Assembly: GCA_000708835.1 (NCBI GenBank)
Contig: DF237462.1
Coordinates: forward strand, 1,716 to 65,715
Length of the DNA stretch: 64,000 nt
From: Klebsormidium nitens
Lineage: Eukaryota; Plantae; Klebsormidiophyceae
Direction of reading: 5' to 3'
Of the stretch, positions 54,601 to 64,000 are shown piece by piece (position 1 is the first letter of the stretch; each line of letters opens with the position of its first letter). The notes under the pieces are model-generated. The model saw nothing but the letters and a program-made list of their open reading frames with translations, ran no database searches and had not been told where the DNA came from. The position numbers and the translations under genes are program-made.

Positions 54601-55664
54601 CGTTTCGTTGAGTAAAAGTAAGAGAATATTGTTTGTCTTCCTCACCTTGACCCGCTTTATATGCAAACTGAGACGCGTCAATGCCCAGGGACGAAGATCG
54701 TTGAACTCAATTCCGGTTTGACAAGCTGCCACGTGTCCTTGCACCGCAGGTGACGCTAGTAATAACCGGGATGCTAGACTTGATTCTCGTGACGCGGCTC
54801 AACCAGCGATTCGGCATTCCGGATCACGCGTTTGTCGTGGGTGACGAGGCGGTGCAGGACGCAATCGACAACCTGCGTATGGTCCCCATGCAGGTGCGTT
54901 CGCATAATGCCACCTGTCAGATTTGCATCGGCCGCCTGGGCAGAAAGACCCTTCGTGAATGCAGTGCTTGTGAGGCCAATTATCGGATGCTTTTCTGTTC
55001 GTGTAGCTTTTGGGGGTTTACGTCTGAGTAGATTGTACAAATTGGAGGCTTAAACCAGAACTGAACTTCGTGTAGTTTGGAGGCTCTGAATCTAAACCCC
55101 TGTCGTCATCGATCTTTTCCCAATCAACATTAAATCTGCAAGCTGGCACAAACTCGCCAGCCTGCACCAGAAGAAATTCTGTGGACGAGATGACCGGTCG
55201 CTAACATTCCTACTCGCAACTTTGGATCACACGTGCACGGTCGGCTTTGCAATCGGCGACGCTTTGCTCTTCGGGATTAGAGATCCTCTCCTCCTCTTTC
55301 TCAGGTCCTAGCCGCCCGCCTCTGCCCCCCCGGAATTGAGGGCACGCTCTTCGCCTTCCTGATGTCGCTCTCCAACGCCGGCGCGAACACCGCAGAGCTG
55401 CTAGGGGCAGGCCTGATAAAGGTGCTCGGAGTGACGTCAACAAACTTTTCCAACTTGTGGCTTGCGGTAACGATCAGGAGCTTGATGAAGCTCTTGCCCA
55501 TTGTGTTCCTGTTTCTAGTCCCTGATGCGAGCCCAACGTCAGACTTTGGGGTCGTAGGCGGAGGAAAGGGTATACCTCGGGACAGCGATAGCGGCGTTGA
55601 CCTGACGGTTATGCCTTTGAGCTCGGAGGGACGTGTTGATGACCGCCCGAGAACACCACGATGA
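51681..55664 (+). CDS. Folate-biopterin transporter (BT1/FBT family, MFS), 533 aa, 7 exons
   Basis: Exons 51681-52028, 52334-52618, 53204-53377, 53616-53710, 54224-54419, 54750-54893 and 55305-55664 (1602 nt, in phase). Family motifs YYWKD, LPWDIKPLWGLLTDSFPI, DVATDA, RLNQRFGIPD, ARLCPPGIEGTLFAFLMSLSN and NFSNLW. About 12 hydrophobic segments. Confidence 0.93.
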
Positions 55665-56801
55665 CATGCTGTCACATGGCGATTGTGAAGACGAAGTTTA
55701 GAGCGAAATGCACAGGAACGTTGCTGACTGATTAATCGACACTGAATGCATGGATGTCTCGACACTGCTAGTACTACTGTCTCCTTAAAGGACAGAGTGA
55801 ATTACATGAGACGTGTGGTCAATACCATAGAGAGGTGCATGATGAAAGTTCGCATTTGTTTCATGCGTACATTCAGACCGCGCCCGGGGTCACTTACGAA
55901 GTTTGCGGCAAAGCACTTATGGCTCATATTGTGGGGGCGGCGCAGCAAACGTGGATCAAAGCGTAATTGACTATATATGAAATATATAGCATGTGCGTGC
56001 AGACAATTGCAGCCACTTAGGCACAGGGCATCTAGGCATACGGCTCTGCCAGCTTATACCTATACATGTCTTCGACTGCGCGTGAAAATCACAAGTGATC
56101 GGTCTGCTTCCCAGTACATGCTTGAAGCTGATTAGTATACGATGTCAACCTGTATTGCCTCAGTGCAAAGGCAGGCTTGGGACCAGAAGGCAGCCAAATG
56201 CACACTGATTAAGGTGGCCATGACAAGCGCTCAATCGATAGCCCGTAGGTACCTTATTTGATGTGCCTCTCACATGCCACTGACAAATCTTGGAATACTG
56301 CATATGCTTATTGGAAGCCAGTCTAAGGGTGGCAACTTGCAGCCTTAAAACTGTATGTCTGACCGGCAACCTAAAAATATAGCCAAGAACACCTTATGTC
56401 TTGCCGATCTTTACTATTGCTTTACTTCCCAATCTTTACCTCAGGCAATTGTTGTACCACTTGAATCTACCTGAGATTGGCCGATCAAAGCAATCTCACA
56501 TCGTGTGCTGGCGGCAAGGTGGAAAATGTGCTCTCTCAACAGCTGAAAAGCTCAACTACAGAACAGTAGCAAGCCACATTTGGTGCATAGTACACTCGAT
56601 CATTCTGATGCCCGCAACGACATGTGGACCCAGCAGAATGATGACTATCCCGAGTCTTCACTACAATCCAACTTGGGAACAACTAATTTCGGACTGTTTC
56701 CAAACATAACATGTACATTTAACTCCTATGCAATGACTCTCACTTTTGTCTGCCAAGAAGACTTGCCCAACTGGTTCAAGCCCAATCCAATGACCTGTGA
56801 A

Positions 56802-57336
56802 TCATTCTACTTTCCCTTCCGCTTGTCCTCTGCTTTTTCGATGCAAGGTCCACTGGTTGTAGAGGTACCGCCCCGATACCATATCAAAGGCAAGTTGTAA
56901 TCTTCCTTGGATGCTTGGCAAATCCTGTGGGATCAGGAAGCCTGTCGGGTAAGCTAAGATGGACGGAACAACCATCTTCTACAAACTTGCATTGTCGCAA
57001 TTTGAAATTGCTTTTAATGAGCGCAGTAAGATTAAAGTCTGCCTGCAAAGCAGACAAGGGATGCAAGCACGCAACATCATCCCAGAACAGGAGTGGCTTA
57101 CAAATGCTGTACCAAATGAGCAAAACACTAAGGACATCCTCGAGTTGCTCATGCCCCTTGTGTTTGACACCACGTACCTTCTGAGAATCCTGTTTACTCC
57201 TTGCAGTTGTTGCAGCGACTCCCTCATCGGACCCGAACACGCTCGGTGCTCCCTGCTTGTTCCATGAAACCCAGGCGATGTAGCCAGCGACCAATGTGGA
57301 AGCAAGGACCAGGAGTACTCGCATTGGACACACCAT
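56802..57336 (-). CDS. Small single-pass membrane protein of the plant MCPMR...DMASGRYLW family (Arabidopsis AT5G58375-like), 93 aa
   Basis: Exon 57336-57178 (MVCPMRVLLVLASTLVAGYIAW...; donor AAG|GTACGT) and exon 56924-56802 (DLPSIQGRLQLAFDMVSGRYLYNQW...*). Both family motifs were recognised from memory, not from a search. Confidence 0.8.
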
Positions 57337-59620
57337 GGTTCCAGGCGGAGCAAAAGGCGTCGAGTGAACTTCAAACCAACGACACCAAGCTACTCCTGGA
57401 CCTAAGCGAAAGAGGACCTAACTGGTGCGCATCAGCAAGTCCTCCTTCGCTGGAGCTCTGCAGAAGGATCTAAACTATTTGCACCTCATAAGCTGCAGAA
57501 TGGAAGGAATGATAGAAGGTTTTCCAACAGAACCATGCTTTCAACTTCTATGGGGCCGTTTGCAGGCAGGCTTTCAATCTTGTCGCTCGGTCGGTGCAGT
57601 CCCACTTTGCTTTGCACTTTACGTCCTTATCAGAAGCAACAACTTTCAGCACTCCACCAGCTGAATCCGCCTACCCGCCTCAACCGCCCGAGCTCTCTGC
57701 TCCAGCAGCAATCTCAAGCACGGCCACACCACGTCCCGGGAAGACTGTTTCTGAGCCGCTCTTCTACGCCATGAAAACCTTGTCTTCCATGAAAAGAGAG
57801 GACACTCAGGAGCCTGCTTGACCTCAACAAGCGTGCCTACTTATCTTCAAGAGCACATGTAATCTTATACTTTGTGCGGGCCGCAAGGTCAGCACGCGCC
57901 AGCCACCCTTCCTTCTTTGCTGGTGCAAGGAAGGTGCTGCATGGCAAGGACTCGGAGGTCGGTTTGGTCCTGGTAATCCAAGTAAAGATAAACCCACCAG
58001 GTCACAGCAGGTAACGCAGAGACGTCTTGGAATGCCCGGTCTGCTCGTTGCGCCGGTCTTGTCAACGGGCGTCACTGTAGTGCAGTCTGCAGCTTTTCGT
58101 GAATTTTTCGGACCCGGTTGTTCGAAGGACCGGGAGGAAGCTAGGTGCCCCGCTTTAAAACGCGTTACGTCACGGGCTCACCAGTAATTTGTAAACCAAG
58201 TCAACGCGTCGTTTTGATCCTTACTATAGCCTATGATGCTTCTCTGTCGAATTAATTCAATTGATTGATCGGTCTGTGCAGATCTGCTTGACCTGCCAGT
58301 TAGGAACTTAGGGTTAACCCGAAATGCCTGCTCCAAAGTGCTCGTCGTGCATTAGGTATCTGACAGAGACTGGACACCTCGAAATTGGCGAATGAGGACG
58401 GCGATTGTTTCTTTTGAAGCATTGCCATGGTGTTATCAGTTAAGACTCTTACTTGGATGCAGCTGCAGCACGTTCTGAACCCGTTCTGAAGAGCCACACT
58501 TGAAAGATATGGCGTATGATCGAGGAGCCAGGATCGGCAGGCACTCTGCTTCTCCCACCGAGCTCGATGTTGGCGCGCCTATCCTAGTGGTTCATCATGT
58601 CCCAAGTCGCAGCTCCAATATTGAATCCGCAGCTCCACTAATAAGGTCTGAATCAGGTGACTCGGTCCTATGTCTCATTTCGACGAGAGTCACCATCTGA
58701 ACATGCGCATCATCACTATAAAAGCGTAGTGAATCGCATGCGGCTTCAATCCACTACTTCGAGATCCAAAGAACGCGGATTTCCACGTTCTCCAAGATGA
58801 AGCTTTCCTTAAGACAAGCTCACGTGCAAAGATCGATTGTTGTCCTGGTCCAGAGTGAACGGATTATGGCGGTTGGACACTGCAGTAAGTCTAATACGGT
58901 TTTTGCAAAAGCGAACGGCGCAGCTGCAGATCTTCACGGTGCATAAACTCGGCCCCATACAAAGTTTTCCTGGAGACAGCAATATCGAGACACACTGCTA
59001 ATGCTTAGAAACCATTGTTGGGACTTGACGACATCATGACATCAGGGACGGTGCTTGTGGGAAGGAGTTGAGCAAGCCCTCTCCTTTGTAGCCCCGGCGG
59101 CAGGCCAGACGATGACGGGGCATGATGACGGGGCATGATGACTATAGAGTTCGTTCTGATCTCAGAGGCACTTCAGAAAACAAACGGGGAATTTAGCTGT
59201 TCAGTGTCGGTTGGACGGAAGCTCCAGCTTCAAATCCACGTCAACATGGCCAAATTTTAATTACTTCCAATTTTTATCAAACACGCCCTGTCACGACGTG
59301 CAGCTCTCAAGCCAGAAAGCAGATCATGCCTTCAAAGAACGGGTTCGGATCCACATAAGGGCGTGCGTCCTCTCAATGTGCGAATCTGCCTCTGTTGATC
59401 ATCGCATGTCTCGAACCACCAGATTGTCTCAAGGAGAGCGATCATTGGAAAAATGTCCACCCGTAGGAAGCGCGGTTATTGCAAGCAAGAAGTTTATAGA
59501 CCGTTGCATTCTTGCTGCAATGTGTAGCAAGCATTACCTCGGAAGTCCACGCCACCTCTACCCTACTTCCTACTCTACCTACCCCGTATCTTACACCGCT
59601 CCCCCGCCGCCCCTAGTTCC

Positions 59621-62600
59621 TCAGTTCGTCATGCAGCTCTCGTAGGTAGGGATCATATATTTAATGTTAATGAACGCGTCCTCGCCGCCCTTCTGCTCGA
59701 ACAGCTCCAGCGTCCGCATGACGCACTCGCCCATGCACTGCTGCTTCTGCTGCGCATAGTCGATGCCGTCGCCCAGATTCTCGGTGTGGTTCTTGAACAG
59801 GTTCAGCACGGGCAGGATCTGCCGGTAGTACGGCACCAGCGCCTCGCCCACCATCTCTTCGCTCTCCACCAGCTTGCACAGCAGCTGCCACAGGGGAAGT
59901 TGGGGAATTAGAGATGGCAAATCAGGTTTAAAAGCTTTGAGATTAGTGAAGTCACCGGCGTGGGACGGGTAGGATGAATTTGGGAGTTAGGGTGGATACG
60001 AGTGCGGAGCAGGAGATCCTGTGAGTCAGCTTTCTAGCCTTGGATTTGAGGTGCCTATTCCTAAACCTTGACTTTTCCCCAAGATTCCCCCAAGGTACGT
60101 AGGGGAACGGGTCAGAGTCAAACCTGGACCACTCTTGTCGCATACGGCCCTTCACATTTGTATCTCTTCTTATTACTTCGAACTTTGTAGCTCTGCTCAG
60201 GCTTCTCAACCGTGCTCACTTCTCCGTGCTTCATTTCGCATTGCTTGCAAACTGCAAACTTTTCATTTGATAGGGAAGACGTTTGGCAGAGAAAATGTAA
60301 CCCAACCCGATTGCAGCCGGATCAGACTGAAGGAGGGCGATTTGAGGAGACTGTGAAACGATCATCTTTACTTTGGACGCAGGCTATTCGTGAAGTTTGT
60401 CGCGCCCATTCAGCGTCCCGGCTAACGGTTTGCGTGTGCAGGGGGCGTTAGTATTCGCAGTTCTACTTCAAAGCATGCGAGGTGCGAAAAGTAACCGCGT
60501 ACTCTTCTCACCCTGCCTATAAGGAACGGGGAAAGAAAAACCATGTTATCTCCGGAGGAAGGAAGTTGTGCGCCTGAAATCCTACACGAGCGCTTCTCGA
60601 CCCTTGGCTGATTTGAGCTCTCCGTCCAAATTCCGGTACTTCCACCTAAGCGACTTCGAAGGAACTTTGAAGCTTAAGGACGTGCGTCTTCATTCACTAA
60701 ACGTGTCTCTCCAGAGACGGGGAAAGTTTCGAACTTGAGTTGTGAAAGACGGCGCCACGATACGATAAAAGTGCCCGCTGTAATCCATTCCTTGCCTGGA
60801 CAGAGCTGGGCCGCTTAAATTCAGTTCCCCAAGAAGATTGGTACACAAAAGTATACCGAGGAAGGACCACTGAACAGGGTCCAGCGAGGGCCAGCTTACC
60901 TGGAGCGTGATGTTGATGACGTAGGAGTCCCTCGTGTTCAGGGCGGTCTTGATTGGGATGATCAGCTGAGGGATCACTGGCAGTATCTTGCCGTTCCCAA
61001 CCTGCAACCCCGAAGCGAGCGGCGTTGGCTCTGGTATGCATAAAATCTGTTCTGTGACCACCGTTTGGTAGCTCGAGTTGTTCGAAGAGACACAGTCAGC
61101 ACTAAGCCAGGATAGGCTTGTCTTTCCCCCTGCTTGCGATCGAAGCGCGTTCGCTGATCGAAGCTTGGAGATTGCTATCCAAGTTCTACATCACCGTGCT
61201 GCTTCCGTTGCAATTCCGCTGCTCTTGTGCATTGTTTTCCTCGCTTTGGCTTTCTCTATCGATAATTGCAACAATCGGGGGAAGTGGGCGCCCCAGACTC
61301 TGTGACTCTGTTTTGCCGTTCCAGCATCAGGTGCTTTCAACCGCAGAGGCAACGCCCAACTCTCTTGCGAAGCGCACCCTCACCTTGAGCATGTCCTCGA
61401 CGCCCTTGATCGCTAGGAACCGGTACGGCTCCTCCTTTTCCCGGATGCCGTCGAAGAAGATGGGCAGGTAGTGGTGGTAGTCCAGCTTGCTGACGTCAAC
61501 CTTCCAGTTGATGGTGTTCTTCGAGCCCCGGTGGTCCACCGAGATGGGCAGGTCGCCCCGCTCGTAAAACTTGCGGAACTGCAACGGAAGAGGCACGCTC
61601 GCGTCAGGAGATGACGTTAGTAATGTGCGAAGCTACGAAGTGAGCATCAGGGTGTGCTCCGAAGAAGTGAATGGTGCGCCGGGAGTCCCTGAACTAATTG
61701 AATATAAGTGCAGGCTTTGTCCCGCACAAGAGAGAATTGTGGAGCAGGAGTGCAAGGTGCATGACGGTTGAGGATCCTTCAGGGGCCTTACGAAATACCG
61801 GTGACAAGAATCTGAACGGCTCTTGCACAATGTGTCAACCCGGAGCTTGAGCTCACGAACATCATCGACTTTCCTGACTTACAGCTGCCCGAACCGCTAC
61901 AGACTTTCGCTTTCAATTTAGCCGCCCCTTGATTCACTGGATCTGCCAAACTGTCTCTCTAGCACAAAGAGCTTCTCGAGTCGCACCCAAAGGCAAAGCT
62001 TTTAAGCTGTCCTAAGCTTTCCGTTCAACGAAGCAGTCAGCTAAGAGGGGGAGATGGCGTATCAGGCTCTCTCATGCTCGAGCTCTTGGAACAGGAATTT
62101 CGGCGTCATAGCTTGAACTGTGCAGCGGGCTTGCCAAGATCCTCTCTTCCCTCAGGATCTTGTTCCATCTTTTGCAGCCAATTGCATTTTCCGATCACTA
62201 AACAGCTGGCCTTGAGTAATTTAAAAAGGTCCAGAGACAATGAAACTCACGAGCGTGTTGGGCGGGTTGTCCCGCTTCTTGAAAGCTCCCGCCTTTGGGG
62301 GTGACGGCTTTCTGGGCTCCTTTTTGAACAGCCCGCTCTTGACCATCTCGCCGTCGCCCTTGCGGGTGAAACTGTGCGGGTCCGGCTTCTCCCCCCGGAA
62401 CTTGTACTCCCCAGTCGAGCTGCACGGGAGGATTGCGTTCCTTGCTTCAGAGACTCAGTTTAAGCTTGCTAGAAGGTCTGAAGTGAGAGAAGAGAGGTTT
62501 CTCAAGCTTTACCAGCAGGCTCCACTATGCAGAATTGGGCGTGTCTCAAGCTCACAAACTGGCTATGAATGGCTATGATGAGGCTAGGTTATTGCTTTCG

Positions 62601-63234
62601 CACGTAAGTGTGAGAGCATGAGTGATGCTGCAGGCTTGAGCAGCTGCTCCATATGAGATGACGTTTTGCACTCATAGACCATGCTACTCTTTAAGCTGCC
62701 CTAAAAAGGGCCCCCTTATATATCTCCTGACCACTGCCCCATTGCAGACTTCATGCCCCTCTCCTTCTTGAAGGCGACGGTCCTGTTTTTCAACACCTTG
62801 TTTCGTCGTTTCTGTGCTCCCAGACTAGAAAGCTAGTTCATCATCGAATGCAGATCTACTTTTCCGCCCGCCCCATCCTAAGTGCTGCCAGCATTTGCCC
62901 TGAAGGTATTCCCTCAAAGGTCACTGCCCTCATTGTGCCCGTTCCCAAATGCTTGCCCACGCACCCATTCCCCAGGATCCTCCCCAAATACTTCCCGTGT
63001 CCCACCAAACGCCTTTTGAATTTACCTGTAGTAGGGCAGGTTCTCCGGTGCGATCTTCATGGGCTCGTGCGCGCCAGCCTTGCGGCTGGGCGACACGGGC
63101 AGCGTCTGGTCGAAGCAGCTGAGGCTCTGCTTGCTGATCTTGTGCAGCGTCTTGCCCTTAATCTTGCTGTCGCAGTACTCGTGGCAGTACAGCTGCCCCG
63201 CCACGTCGATGTCCTTCATGGTGCCGGTCGTCAT
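59621..63234 (-). CDS. PACRG: Parkin co-regulated gene protein (axonemal inner-junction protein), 312 aa, 5 exons
   Basis: Exons 63234-63026, 62419-62251, 61578-61384, 61001-60900 and 59884-59621 (939 nt, in phase). Hallmark sequences [61 protein letters not shown] and [14 protein letters not shown]. Confidence 0.96.
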
Positions 63235-64000
63235 CGTGACGCAATGTGGCGGGTCTCAGAAAGCGACAGATCGGTGCTTTTTAGCAAGCCCTAAGCAAGC
63301 GGACAAAGCTACTCATGCATGCTGGTAATCTAGGAGGGTAATGAGCCCTCGCCCCTGAAGTATTGTCAGGCCCGCTACTCGTCGAAGGAAGAAGCGGCAA
63401 AGTCGACAGTGTCCGTAATGCTTGTCCCTACAGAGAGTCCTGGTGCTAAAGATGCTCTTTTATCAATTGCATTGAGTCCCTTGGGTTCTGATTCAAGAAT
63501 AAACAATATCTTCTCTCGAAGGATCAACGGATGCTGATGAATGCTTCAGATGATTTCAGACAGGCAACTCTGCATGGATTCTGCATGAGAGTCTTCGACC
63601 GTGAAGCTCAAAAGCTTTCGGAATCACTGCAGTCTTCCAGCTATGCAGAGGGCTTCTGCATTCTTTCCAATCAAGCGCTTCTGTTCCACAGGGAGAGATC
63701 GTACCTAATAAGCTAATAGGTTTGTGCGGTACAGGCTCGTAAAGCTTCAATGATCTGGCTTGATATCGTTGCGCACCGTACGGCGATCGCCTCAAATCGC
63801 CTAACTTGACATCCTCCACCAGAAGCCTTATCGACGGTCCTCGCAAGCCCAAGTCAAAGCTTAACCAATTTTTGATGGCAGCGCGCGCGTTGGCGCAAGA
63901 CCCATTTTAAGCACAGCTGATCATAAACCAAGGCTGCATTCGAAGATGCTACTCAGCCTGCACAGGTGACGTGCTGCTCATATTAGGCTACATATAAGGT

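Noticed and set aside
57400-59600. Short ORFs between the small membrane-protein gene and PACRG
   Set aside because: No codon bias, motifs or consistent splice chain. Most likely promoter, UTR and intergenic DNA.

Overview
This is eukaryotic nuclear DNA with GC-rich exons, GT-AG introns and CTRAC-like branch points. The gene set is land-plant-type (RID1/DHX33-like helicase, BAHD acyltransferase, BT1/FBT transporter, a small AT5G58375-like membrane protein) but also includes the flagellar gene PACRG. That combination suggests a streptophyte alga such as Klebsormidium; this is an inference, not a database result. I rebuilt exon chains by hand from splice sites and reading phase. In 1-29.6 kb there are three tandem F-box/LRR paralogues. 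Two of them are each followed tail-to-tail by a related, unrecognised minus-strand gene with Ser/Pro/Thr-rich and coiled-coil segments, which looks like a duplicated two-gene module of about 14-15 kb. In 31-64 kb there are six apparently single-copy genes: a DEAH helicase, a BAHD acyltransferase, an unrecognised and probably plastid-targeted 559-aa protein, an FBT transporter, a 93-aa membrane protein and PACRG. The most unusual signals are: (1) the palindrome TGACGTCA, at its fullest GCTGACGTCAGC, occurs at least 16 times where about 1 is expected, in promoters, introns and coding sequence; (2) the co-duplicated F-box/coiled-coil pairs; (3) a 143-bp, 92%-identical inverted repeat inside an intron; (4) conserved GTAC clusters upstream of the F-box genes. 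I saw no tRNA, rRNA, CRISPR array or intact transposase. Most ORFs in the supplied track are antisense or off-frame shadows of these exons.
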